DNA of 64,000 nucleotides from Candidatus Parcubacteria bacterium (GTDB lineage Bacteria; Patescibacteriota; Minisyncoccia; Minisyncoccales; JAGMDC01): NCBI GenBank assembly GCA_023131895.1, contig JAGLYZ010000002.1, positions 43,364 to 107,363 of the forward strand, read 5' to 3'. Shown piece by piece: positions 55,802 to 64,000 of this stretch (position 1 is its first letter; each line of letters starts with the position of its first letter). The notes under the pieces were generated by a model. It saw only the letters and a program-made list of their open reading frames with translations, ran no database searches and was not told where the DNA came from. The position numbers and the translations under genes were made by a program.

Positions 55802-56107
55802 TCATTTGGCTATTGCTGTGCTTTCTAAAATCTTAATATAACCAATCCTTCCTACTTTCTCATAATTCAATTCTTTAGCTAATAATTCAATATTCTCTAA
55901 TGAATCGCCTTGGAAAAGCCCTATTTCCAAGTTTTTATTCTGCTGTGAAAGCTCTTTAATATCCTGCTGACAGTTTAAAATAAGATTGGACTCATTTGTT
56001 GTGCCATTAATCTGAATTATATAAGAAATACTTAAAGAAATCATTAGAATAATACAAAAAGACAAAAGTAATTTAGAAAATGTTATTAAATTAATTTTAC
56101 TGTTCAT
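55802..56107 (-). CDS. FtsL-like cell division protein
   Basis: 101 aa with a single TM and a short coiled-coil. It sits between rsmH and ftsI, so the call is positional. Confidence 0.55.
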   Translation of the reverse strand: MNSKINLITFSKLLLSFCIILMISLSISYIIQINGTTNESNLILNCQQDIKELSQQNKNLEIGLFQGDSLENIELLAKELNYEKVGRIGYIKILESTAIAK

Positions 56108-56967
56108 ATTTTTATTGCTGCCCGCAAGCGAGCCGACCTTGAACGAGGATTTATCCTTATTTCATCGTCTGTTGGTCTGATTGGTTTTTTAGTTAGTATT
56201 TTAATCCGGCCTTTTTTAGCTTTTTCTTTAAAAATTTTTTTAACTATTCTATCTTCCAAAGAATGAAAAGAAATAATTACTATCCTTCCTTCTGGTTGTA
56301 AAATTTCTAATGCTTGAGGTAAAACATTTCTGATGTTTTCTAATTCCTGATTAACTGCAATCCTTAACGCCTGAAAAGTTCTTGTGGCCGGGAAAATTCT
56401 TCCTTTCTCATAATTTTTAGGAACCGCTTTTATAATTATCTCTTTCAGCTGGAAAGTTGTTTTAATTGGTTCTATTTTTCTTGCTTTTGCTATTTCTTTA
56501 GCTATTCTCTTTGAAAATTTTTCTTCGCCATATTCCATTAATATCTTTTCAATCTCTTTCTCTGGCCATTTGTTCAAAATCTCTTGAGCAGTCAATCCTT
56601 TGCGCGAATCATAACGCATAATCAATGGTTCATCTTTCTGAAAAGAAAATCCTTTTCCTGATTCTTCTATATGCCAGGAAGAAAAGCCCAAGTCAAATAA
56701 AATTCCAGCAGGCTTAAATTTATATTTCTCAACGATCTTTTTCAAATTTACATAAGAATCATTAACTAAAACCAATCTATCTCTCTGTTTAACTGTTTCA
56801 AACAACCGTGTGTCTATTTCTATTCCTAATACTTTTCCATTGGGCTTATTTCTTTCCAAAATGGCTAAACTGTGACCAGCTCCCCCAAGTGTTGCGTCTA
56901 TAAAATTCTCATTCGTCTTCACTTGCAGATATTTGATAACTTCTTTTTGAAGAACAGGTATGTGCAT
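56104..56967 (-). CDS. rsmH: 16S rRNA (cytosine1402-N4)-methyltransferase
   Basis: HIPVL N-terminus, DATLGGAGHS and DLGFSS motifs. Confidence 0.92.
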   Translation of the reverse strand: MHIPVLQKEVIKYLQVKTNENFIDATLGGAGHSLAILERNKPNGKVLGIEIDTRLFETVKQRDRLVLVNDSYVNLKKIVEKYKFKPAGILFDLGFSSWHIEESGKGFSFQKDEPLIMRYDSRKGLTAQEILNKWPEKEIEKILMEYGEEKFSKRIAKEIAKARKIEPIKTTFQLKEIIIKAVPKNYEKGRIFPATRTFQALRIAVNQELENIRNVLPQALEILQPEGRIVIISFHSLEDRIVKKIFKEKAKKGRIKILTKKPIRPTDDEIRINPRSRSARLRAAIKI

Positions 56968-56985
56968 TGGTATTTAAATTGAAAA

Positions 56986-57417
56986 TTATAGTCCTAATTC
57001 TCCTAATCTTTCAGCAATATCGCCTATTCCAGCTTCTGTCTTTTGACTATATTCTTTCCATTTGCTTTCATCCCAAATCTCAATCCTGTTATATAGTCCT
57101 GCAATAACTATCTTTTTTTTAAAACAGGCATAGCTTTTTAAATAATCAGGAATAAGAATCCTGCCTAAACCATCTATTTTAACATCCATAGCTCCAACAA
57201 GCATTATCCTGGCAAATCCCCTGGCATCGGCCTGCGATAAAGGAAGCTTGCTTAGTTTTTCCGCTAACTTCTCCCATTCTTTTAAAGGATAAAGAAAAAG
57301 GCAGTTGTCCAGTCCTTTGGTGATAACTGCCTTTCTGCCTAAAATCTGCCGAAACTTTGTCGGAATAGCCAATCTCTTTTTTTCGTCTATTGAATATGTA
57401 TATTCGCCGATAAACAT
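56986..57417 (-). CDS. mraZ: division/cell wall cluster transcriptional regulator MraZ
   Basis: MFIGEY N-terminus, two SpoVT-AbrB repeats (DEKKRLAIP and DGLGRILIP), 143 aa. Confidence 0.92.
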   Translation of the reverse strand: MFIGEYTYSIDEKKRLAIPTKFRQILGRKAVITKGLDNCLFLYPLKEWEKLAEKLSKLPLSQADARGFARIMLVGAMDVKIDGLGRILIPDYLKSYACFKKKIVIAGLYNRIEIWDESKWKEYSQKTEAGIGDIAERLGELGL

Positions 57418-57469
57418 AGTTATCCACAGTTTTGGGTAGTTATCCCATAGTTATCCACAATCATCCACT
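57418..57469 (-). promoter_or_regulatory. four helically phased (T)GTGGAT(AAC) boxes in the mraZ 5' UTR; candidate MraZ operator, identical in sequence to DnaA boxes
   Basis: ATCCAC/ATCCCA cores at 57422, 57442, 57453 and 57463, giving spacings of 20, 11 and 10 bp. Perfect TTATCCACA at 57420-28 and 57451-59. Confidence 0.6.
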
Positions 57470-57477
57470 ACACTTAC

Positions 57478-57506
57478 TTTATACTCCACTTTAACATTGA
57501 TGTCAA
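57478..57506 (-). promoter_or_regulatory. mraZ promoter TTGACA-17-TATAAA
   Basis: The -35 is the reverse complement of 57501-06 and the -10 the reverse complement of 57478-83. Confidence 0.55.
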
Positions 57507-57546
57507 ATACATTAAAATATCCTAAATCCCTCTTAAAACCATTAAC

Positions 57547-57567
57547 TTTTCCACAGATAATCCACAG
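57547..57567 (-). promoter_or_regulatory. two further CCACAG boxes upstream of the mraZ -35
   Basis: ttttccacag and ataatccacag, cores 11 bp apart (57551 and 57562). Confidence 0.45.
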
Positions 57568-57570
57568 TTC

Positions 57571-57604
57571 AAAAAAAAGGAGGAAGTGTAAAAAACCACT
57601 TCCT
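57571..57604 (-). terminator. rho-independent terminator after the 50-aa gene
   Basis: Minus strand reads ggaagtg-gtttttta-cacttcc followed by tcctttttttt. Confidence 0.75.
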
Positions 57605-57607
57605 ATT

Positions 57608-57760
57608 TTATATTTTTTTCATTTTTCCTACTTCTTCGTATGGCAGTACTCTCACCAGTGCCACATATTTCTTGTCTCGAGAAATTTTTACCACCATACT
57701 TTTTGTCGCTCCGTCAGATAATATCATATCTCCTTCCTCTATTTCTACTTCAGTAGGCAT
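57608..57760 (-). CDS. hypothetical 50-aa protein (start re-assigned to MPTEVEIE)
   Basis: Strong SD AAGGAGGTGA about 10 nt upstream of the ATG at 57760. A terminator follows. Confidence 0.5.
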   Translation of the reverse strand: MPTEVEIEEGDMILSDGATKSMVVKISRDKKYVALVRVLPYEEVGKMKKI

Positions 57761-57788
57761 CTTTTTTAAATCACCTCCTTTCTTTATT

Positions 57789-58136
57789 TTAAAGGTCATT
57801 TCTCATTTCCTGCATTTCATTTCTTATTTTCTCAATCCTTTTATCTCTTTCTATAAAATTCTTAATATTGTTGTATAGAAAATATTCAATTACTAATGTT
57901 AAAAGAAAAAACAAAACAGCTAATTCAAAGGCAACAATAAAAAATGTTGATATTCCTATCATTATAACAAAAACAAAAATACCAATGATTTTTAATTGTT
58001 CTTCGTGGCTGAAATATTCTTTAAAATCAAACCAAACAAGTTCTTGCGTCTTTCTTATCTTTTCCCTAATTTGCTCCTCAATAATATCAAGTTGTTTATC
58101 TATGCTTAAATAATAGATATTAAGTTTTGTTTTCAT
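57789..58136 (-). CDS. hypothetical membrane protein (115 aa)
   Basis: Two central hydrophobic segments. Confidence 0.5.
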   Translation of the reverse strand: MKTKLNIYYLSIDKQLDIIEEQIREKIRKTQELVWFDFKEYFSHEEQLKIIGIFVFVIMIGISTFFIVAFELAVLFFLLTLVIEYFLYNNIKNFIERDKRIEKIRNEMQEMRNDL

Positions 58137-58154
58137 TACCAGTAATATAACATA

Positions 58155-59075
58155 CTACTGATAATTTGTCAATAGTTCATCTATGGTCTTAAAATTCTGT
58201 GGTGCTTCAATATTAGCTGTCTGGTTAAAATCAGACATTTCTATATTTAATTTAATATCTATTAATCCATCTTGGGTTTTGTCAAACTTGCTGATATCTA
58301 TTTCTTTCTTAAGCTTAATCCTATAGGGCAATTTATCTTTTTTGCCAATCCATATTTCAGCTGGTATTTCTCCTATTTCTCCAGTTTTTTCAAAAAAATC
58401 ATCTAAATCTAAAACCACCATATAATGATACGCTTTCTGGCCATTGATTTCTTCGTCTGCCAATTCCTCTTTCACTTTAAACATCTTTACTTTCTCTAAT
58501 ACTTCTTTTATCCCTACTATAAATTCTTCCATTTTTTCCTCTTCTTCTGGCGGCTGATATTCTTCTCCGGCTATTTTCTCCAAGCTTTCTTGATCTATCT
58601 TAATCCACTGATTTTTAAAATCCTCTAAATCCATACCAAGCATTGCTAAAAACGGCTCTAAGGCAGGAAAAGCTGGAATACTAGTAAGTTTAAAATAGTT
58701 AGTATCATCTATGGTTTTACTCTCGCCATCCAATGACAATTCCATTCCTTCAGCCGCAAAGAAAAATTTAAATTCTATTGCTGATTTTACATTCTCAGGG
58801 TTAGTAATATCTGCTTCTGCTTTAATATTTCCATTGATATTAAATTCTTGCTCTTTTTTTATTCCAATCTCAAAATCAACATCACTATGAAAAGTTTTTA
58901 CTTTAGCCAATTCAATGCCCATTTCAGTTATAACAACGCTTGGATCAGGCCTGAAAGGATTCCACGTTGGATCCCATGCTTGGATATAGAGTGAACTAAA
59001 CAATATTGATGCGGCTATAATAAGAGAGAAATAAATTGTTATAATTATTTTTTGAGACACAGATTTAATTTTCAA
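58155..59075 (-). CDS. hypothetical secreted or membrane-anchored protein (306 aa)
   Basis: N-terminal signal/TM (IIITIYFSLIIAASILFSSLYI) and an acidic beta-rich remainder. Confidence 0.55.
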   Translation of the reverse strand: MKIKSVSQKIIITIYFSLIIAASILFSSLYIQAWDPTWNPFRPDPSVVITEMGIELAKVKTFHSDVDFEIGIKKEQEFNINGNIKAEADITNPENVKSAIEFKFFFAAEGMELSLDGESKTIDDTNYFKLTSIPAFPALEPFLAMLGMDLEDFKNQWIKIDQESLEKIAGEEYQPPEEEEKMEEFIVGIKEVLEKVKMFKVKEELADEEINGQKAYHYMVVLDLDDFFEKTGEIGEIPAEIWIGKKDKLPYRIKLKKEIDISKFDKTQDGLIDIKLNIEMSDFNQTANIEAPQNFKTIDELLTNYQ

Positions 59076-59076
59076 T

Positions 59077-60354
59077 TTAATATGGTTTCAGTGCTTCAAT
59101 AGTGTACACATTCCACGGATTCCATAACAGCCAGCCAGAAACTCCAGCATCCTCGGTTGCTTTGATTTGCGCCCTAACTTTTTCAGCATTATAATAAATT
59201 CCTTTCTGGCTGTCTTTTTTTAAGTCAAAGTCCTGGAGCCATGGACGAATTTTGCTTTTGTTTTTTTTCTTTTCATCAAGAAAAATATTATACTCGGAAA
59301 ATAAATAATTCAAGAAAAACATAAAAGATTGGCTTTTTTTATATTGAGAAGGTCTTGCTGTTGGTTTAGGATAAAAAGAAGAGATATAGTCAGAAGCATT
59401 TAAAACCGTTCTGTGTACAACTTCATAAGGATAATTGGACGGCGAAGAAAAATAAAGAGCCGGCAGATTTCTTTTTAGATCTTTTTTAACAACAAAGCCA
59501 TGAAAAAAATGGCTGGGATAAAGCATAAATGAAATATAATCAAACTTGCCTAAAGTATCTGAAATATTCTGTCCTGTTCCTGAAATATTAAAATATTGAG
59601 CCACTAAGCCAAAAAGGTCAATGGAAATAATAATATCATTTTTATAATCTCTTATATCTTCTGAAAGAACTGAATAAAAATCATTGATTGATTCTCTCTT
59701 TTTTCTTTCCTTATTATGGCAAGGATAAACAATTTTTTCTAATGCTCCCCTGTCTGGAAAACGAAGATAATCAAACTGGATTTCATCAAAACCAGCATCA
59801 ATGGCTTTCCGGCTTACAGCAGAAATATAGCCCTGAACTTCAGGGCAGGCTGGATCCAGCCAAAAATAGCCAGCATCGTCCTGCCAAAGAGAGCTAGAAG
59901 AATTCTTAAGATACCATTCTGGTTTGATATTTATCATTGATGAATCACGGCACGCCACAACCCGAGCAATAACCCAAAAGTCATACTTATGAAGTTCATC
60001 TATGAACACTCCCAGTGTATCAGAAAAACGTATGCCTGAAACTTCTTTAACATCAATAACCACTCCATTAAGCTCTGTGTTAATTAAAAGTTCTTTTACT
60101 TCTTTTCGTTTGTTAACTGCCCAAGCAGATTTTGAGTTAGCTGTATATTGGGTCAAATAAATTCCTTTGATATCGCTTGATTTTTCTAACGCCTTCTGCC
60201 TTTTTTGAAAATCTTTATTATTAATTTCCTTAATTAAATTAAAAAAATCTTTAGCTTCATCTAAAAAATTTTTAGCAAATATATCCTGCGGAAAAATAAG
60301 GATTAGCAATAACAATAAAAAAATAAAAAAAATTCTAAAACTCTTATTCTCCAT
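59077..60354 (-). CDS. putative glycoside hydrolase-like TIM-barrel protein (DUF4015/GHL type)
   Basis: Signal-like N-terminus, IKGIYLT, NGVVIDVKE, and the EIQFDYLRFP motif as I recall it for DUF4015. Confidence 0.55.
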   Translation of the reverse strand: MENKSFRIFFIFLLLLLILIFPQDIFAKNFLDEAKDFFNLIKEINNKDFQKRQKALEKSSDIKGIYLTQYTANSKSAWAVNKRKEVKELLINTELNGVVIDVKEVSGIRFSDTLGVFIDELHKYDFWVIARVVACRDSSMINIKPEWYLKNSSSSLWQDDAGYFWLDPACPEVQGYISAVSRKAIDAGFDEIQFDYLRFPDRGALEKIVYPCHNKERKKRESINDFYSVLSEDIRDYKNDIIISIDLFGLVAQYFNISGTGQNISDTLGKFDYISFMLYPSHFFHGFVVKKDLKRNLPALYFSSPSNYPYEVVHRTVLNASDYISSFYPKPTARPSQYKKSQSFMFFLNYLFSEYNIFLDEKKKNKSKIRPWLQDFDLKKDSQKGIYYNAEKVRAQIKATEDAGVSGWLLWNPWNVYTIEALKPY

Positions 60355-60355
60355 A

Positions 60356-62929
60356 TTATTTCTGATGAACTATCTCAAAACCTTCATGGTCAATGCTTAT
60401 TTTATCCCCTCTTTTGATCTCTTTTTTTAACAATGAAATAGCCAAAAGATTTTCCACCATATCAGCAATTACCCGGCGCATTTCACGAGCTCCAAAAGCA
60501 GGGCTATAACCCAAATCAACAATCCTTTTCTTTAATTCATTTGTGATTACAAGGTCAATCCCCTTCTCTTCTTTGAGGTTCTTCTTTATTTTATTAAGCA
60601 TCAGCTCTGAAATGTCTAAAAGATTTTCTTTTGTTAGCGGCTTGAAAACAACCACAGCATCAAACCTATTAATAAACTCCGGCCTGAATTTCCTTCTTTT
60701 AAACAAAAGCGCTAATAGATCCTCTTTAATAATATTTAATTGCTTATCTTTTTTAATGTCTTTCCAAATAACTTCTGCGCCGGCATTACTTGTCGCAATA
60801 ATGATGCTGTTGGAAAAGAGAACTTTTCTTCCCAATCCGTCAGTAATATGCCCTTCATCTAAAACCTGTAAAAACAGATTTAAAATATTTGGATGGGCTT
60901 TTTCTATTTCATCTAAAAGGATTAAAGAAAACGGGTCTTCCCTCACCTTAGTGGTTAAAATGCCTTCCTGCTCTGCTGAACCGATTAAACGGGGAATATC
61001 TTTAATGGCTTGAAATTCAGACATATCCAAGCGGATCATTCTGTCTTCAGCGCCAAAATAAATCGCACTCAATGCTTTTGAGGTTTCTGTTTTGCCCACG
61101 CCAGTTGGGCCCAAAAACAAGAATGTGCCCATTGGCTTTTTTCTTTTGGTGATTTCAACTCTTGACCTGCGCAAAGCTGAAGAAACCTCTTTTACTGCTG
61201 TTTCCTGGTTAATAATCCGTTCATGGAGCAGGCTTTCTAAATTCAGCAGAATATTTCTTTCTTGAGCTTCAACTTTGCCTACTGGAATTTCCGTTTTATC
61301 AGAAACAACCTTAGCCGCATCTTCAGGAAGAACTAAAACCTTTTTGCGCTGGCTGGATGTATAAATCATAATTTCATCCAATAAATCAATGGCTTTTTTA
61401 GGAAAAGGCGCAGCTGGAAGATAACGGCTGGAATAAGAAACTATTGTTTTTAAAACCGGATAACTGATAAACTTCTTGTATTTTTTTTCTAAGAAAGGAA
61501 CCATCCTTTCCAAGACCGTAATGGTTTCTTTTTCTGAAATCTCTGAAACCTCAACTTTTTCAAAAAGGCCGATTAAAGAAGAATTTTTCTCAATGTTTTT
61601 ATGCAAGCCGGCAAAAGTAGTTATGGCTATAATCTGCAGCTGTGGCAGACGTAGAAACGGAGAAAGAATGCCTGAAATATCTATCACTCCAGGCTTGGAC
61701 TGGCTGCTGACAAAATTATGGAATTCGTCAATAATTAAAATAATATTGCCGGCAGAAACAACTTCTTCAAAAATTCTGTTTAAAACAAATTCTACTTCTT
61801 CAAAGCTGTCAATCCTGCTTAATAATGAAGGAAGATTTAATTCAACTACCCGCTTATAATTTATCTGAGGCAGGCTTTCGTTGAAAAAACTTTTTTTAGT
61901 TAATGCCTGAACAATGTTTTTTCTGCCGATGCCCGGCCTGCCTACCAATAAAGCATTATTAATTTCCAGGCGTGAAAGGATTCTTTCCAATCCAAACACT
62001 TCATTGCTATGGCCAACAATTTCTCCAAAGCCGTCTGCTGCCATTGCGCTTGTCCAGTCAAAAGAATACTTATCTAAAGTAATTGTATAACCAGCGCACC
62101 AGTCCTTGGCAAAAGACCCTTTTTTATTTAAATTTGTTAAATCCCAAAATCTTTTTCTTTTATTTGCTTTTCTTTCTATTCTTTCCAGCCAATCAGTTAA
62201 ATTCTCAATATCTTCTGATTTAAGCTCTGATTTTATCAAAATCTCCCGGAAAATAGGATTGGCTTTGCTTAAAGCGGTTGTTAAATCAAATATCTCTATT
62301 CTTTGATGCCCTCTTGCCTTGGCTATTTTTAAAGATTCAATAATAGTTTCTTGGAAATCATCTGAATAAAGCTCCTGCCTTGCTTTAAGTCTTTCCATTA
62401 AAGGAGCTTTAATTAAATCTTTCTGTAGATATTCTTTTAGCGCTTTTTTAACTTCTTTAATATTTATTAATGCTCTGTAAAAAATAAAATTTAAATTTTC
62501 ATTGCCAAGAATCAGATAATAAAAAAGAGCAGTAGAGTCCAGTTCAAATGTTTTTTTTCTTTTAGTCCATTTTAAGGCATTCCAAACCGCCCTAGCTGAT
62601 TCAAAACTTAAAAATTCTGCTAAATTATTTTTCCCCGGCCTTAAAGCAATTTTCTTCAGCTCTGCTTCCAATTCTGGCTGAGCCAGCTTTAAGTTAAAAA
62701 ATTCTTCAACAATTAAAAACCAAAAATAGAAAGAGAAGAAAATCAAAGACAAGCCAAGTAAAACATTATTAGATAAAAAAGTCGCTAAAAAGAGAAAAGC
62801 AAAACCGATAAAAAGAAACAAAAACAGTCTCTTCAAAAACCCAGACCATCCAAAAATCGGATGCCTTGCCCATTTGACTGCCTGAAAAATCTTTGCCTGT
62901 TTTAAATTAAAATAAAAGCTTGATGCCAT
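60356..62929 (-). CDS. membrane-anchored Clp/Hsp100-like double AAA+ ATPase
   Basis: N-terminal TM segments. D1 has an atypical P-loop GRPGIGRKN and Walker B IIDEFHNF. D2 is canonical: GPTGVGKTE, LILLDEIEKAH, FRPEFINRFD. Confidence 0.8.
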   Translation of the reverse strand: MASSFYFNLKQAKIFQAVKWARHPIFGWSGFLKRLFLFLFIGFAFLFLATFLSNNVLLGLSLIFFSFYFWFLIVEEFFNLKLAQPELEAELKKIALRPGKNNLAEFLSFESARAVWNALKWTKRKKTFELDSTALFYYLILGNENLNFIFYRALINIKEVKKALKEYLQKDLIKAPLMERLKARQELYSDDFQETIIESLKIAKARGHQRIEIFDLTTALSKANPIFREILIKSELKSEDIENLTDWLERIERKANKRKRFWDLTNLNKKGSFAKDWCAGYTITLDKYSFDWTSAMAADGFGEIVGHSNEVFGLERILSRLEINNALLVGRPGIGRKNIVQALTKKSFFNESLPQINYKRVVELNLPSLLSRIDSFEEVEFVLNRIFEEVVSAGNIILIIDEFHNFVSSQSKPGVIDISGILSPFLRLPQLQIIAITTFAGLHKNIEKNSSLIGLFEKVEVSEISEKETITVLERMVPFLEKKYKKFISYPVLKTIVSYSSRYLPAAPFPKKAIDLLDEIMIYTSSQRKKVLVLPEDAAKVVSDKTEIPVGKVEAQERNILLNLESLLHERIINQETAVKEVSSALRRSRVEITKRKKPMGTFLFLGPTGVGKTETSKALSAIYFGAEDRMIRLDMSEFQAIKDIPRLIGSAEQEGILTTKVREDPFSLILLDEIEKAHPNILNLFLQVLDEGHITDGLGRKVLFSNSIIIATSNAGAEVIWKDIKKDKQLNIIKEDLLALLFKRRKFRPEFINRFDAVVVFKPLTKENLLDISELMLNKIKKNLKEEKGIDLVITNELKKRIVDLGYSPAFGAREMRRVIADMVENLLAISLLKKEIKRGDKISIDHEGFEIVHQK

Positions 62930-63287
62930 AGAAAAATAAAATAATTAAAATAACTGGCAAAAACAGCCAGAATAAAAGAATTAAAAAACCGGCGCAAAAA
63001 ATAAAAAATGCGGCTATAACGCCGATAATAATTAAAGCCGTTCTCATTATCATACCAATTACTCTGGAAATAGCATTAAAAGTTAAGGCATCAAAATATT
63101 TTCTCAAATCAAAAGCTTTTGGATAAGCGTATCTATATCTTCTCCATGGCGAACAAAAAGTTCTCAAAAGTAAAGAAATGGAAAAAAAGTTTAGACTAAA
63201 CCTCAAAAAATTCCTCCAAGCCCTTAAAATTGCTTTCACCTGGCCAACAAAATGCCATTGTAGATATTGAATAATAATATTAGACAT
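62907..63287 (-). CDS. hypothetical membrane protein (126 aa)
   Basis: Hydrophobic C-terminal half. Overlaps the Clp-like start by 23 nt. Confidence 0.5.
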   Translation of the reverse strand: MSNIIIQYLQWHFVGQVKAILRAWRNFLRFSLNFFSISLLLRTFCSPWRRYRYAYPKAFDLRKYFDALTFNAISRVIGMIMRTALIIIGVIAAFFIFCAGFLILLFWLFLPVILIILFFYGIKLLF

Positions 63288-63294
63288 ATAAAAT

Positions 63295-64000
63295 TTAAAA
63301 ATTATTTAATACTATTCCGCGCTTTTCCGCTCCTTCAGCATAATGCTTTTTGATTTCTGCAGAACTTAACGCTTCTTTATAAATCCTGACCTCGTCGATT
63401 GTGCCCTTAAACTTCCAATGGAACTGAGGATCCCTTCCAATATTTAAATTACGAGATGAAGTTCCAATAGGACCATTGAACGTCACAACATTCGGCGCTT
63501 GAATACTATCTATATACATTTTCTCTGTTTTTGAATCTATGTCCCATGTAAGGACAATATGATGCCATGCATTTTTACTAGGTGCGGGGTTTCTAAGTAT
63601 TGGCTGATGACAACCCTTACTTAATCTTGCTACTATTTCTGGATCAAACCAAGATAGATAATATCCATTTCCACACATATGCCATCCACCATTACTAAGA
63701 ATAACACCATTGCCATTGTAATAAACCCACGCCTCAATTGTGAGTGCATTAGTGATATCTAAACTTTCGTGGCTTCCGCAATCAACATAAGCACTGCCAT
63801 CAAAGAATAAAGAATCTCCTAAAACATTATTGTGGCTAACCTCTAACTGTCTTGCAGTGCCGTAATTTTCACAATGATTTCCATTTCCTGAAGAATCGCA
63901 GAAGTCGTTTCCGCCAGCATCAGGATTAGCGTTTGTGCAAGTATTATCTATCCCTTCATTAAAATTCCAAACACCTACTGCATAAGCTCCAAAGCCATGG
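63295..64000 (-). CDS. LamG/concanavalin-A-like lectin domain protein, N-terminus outside the window
   Basis: C-terminal IDEVRIYKEALSSAEIKKHY is a typical LamG-repeat ending. I translated 63679-63999 in the same frame and found no stop, so the ORF runs off the window. Confidence 0.7.
   Translation of the reverse strand, partial: HGFGAYAVGVWNFNEGIDNTCTNANPDAGGNDFCDSSGNGNHCENYGTARQLEVSHNNVLGDSLFFDGSAYVDCGSHESLDITNALTIEAWVYYNGNGVILSNGGWHMCGNGYYLSWFDPEIVARLSKGCHQPILRNPAPSKNAWHHIVLTWDIDSKTEKMYIDSIQAPNVVTFNGPIGTSSRNLNIGRDPQFHWKFKGTIDEVRIYKEALSSAEIKKHYAEGAEKRGIVLNNF

Noticed and set aside
57418-57607. The cluster of DnaA boxes as the chromosomal replication origin (oriC)
   Set aside because: Genes on both sides are on the same (minus) strand, and no dnaA or dnaN lies nearby. 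The boxes sit precisely in the mraZ promoter and 5' UTR with 10-11 bp phasing, as expected for an MraZ operator. No separate AT-rich unwinding element stands out from the AT-rich background.
1-64000. CRISPR array
   Set aside because: I saw no series of three or more regularly spaced 25-40 bp direct repeats. The only tandem arrays are 8-bp microrepeats, and the only long repeats occur twice, about 2 kb apart.
1-64000. Whole contig being archaeal (DPANN-like) because of the TFB gene
   Set aside because: Bacterial hallmark genes are present throughout: murC, ftsI, mraZ, efp, greA, dnaB, recR, rplU, dnaX, xseAB and typA.
1-64000. Alternative genetic code (UGA or UAG reassignment)
   Set aside because: All conserved genes give full-length, motif-complete translations under the standard bacterial code, with compact spacing between genes.

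Overview
The window is AT-rich, densely coded, and looks like a Candidate Phyla Radiation (Patescibacteria/Parcubacteria-like) genome; that taxonomic call is inferred from gene content and style only. The backbone is clearly bacterial housekeeping: murC, efp, greA, xseAB, typA, dnaX, cysK, cysS, dnaB, recR, rplU, rmuC, an mraZ-rsmH-ftsL-ftsI block, and two tRNAs. No rRNA and no CRISPR array were seen. Five regions stand out. (1) An accessory island at about 23.8-31.6 kb lies beside tRNA-Gln. It carries a five-gene operon with a 785-aa GHKL ATPase, a UvrD-like SF1 helicase and three orphan proteins. Next to it sits a Zn phospholipase C/S1-P1 nuclease-like gene plus a DUF2188 gene, bracketed by 42-bp repeats. 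I do not recognise this as any named defence system. (2) A complete archaeal-type TFB/TFIIB gene (3961-4893) is embedded among bacterial genes. (3) A tightly packed operon (40.2-47.2 kb) combines a VirD4/TraD-like coupling ATPase, E/K-rich proteins and a Fic enzyme. (4) A RAYT/IS200-like transposase is surrounded by a family of palindromic hairpins, one of them inside its own ORF. (5) There are several recurrent short motifs: AGTTATCCACAG (identical to a DnaA box), phased around the mraZ promoter; 8-bp CATTYTAR tandem arrays at two loci; and a duplicated promoter module. All calls rest on reading the sequence and the ORF translations. No searches were run.
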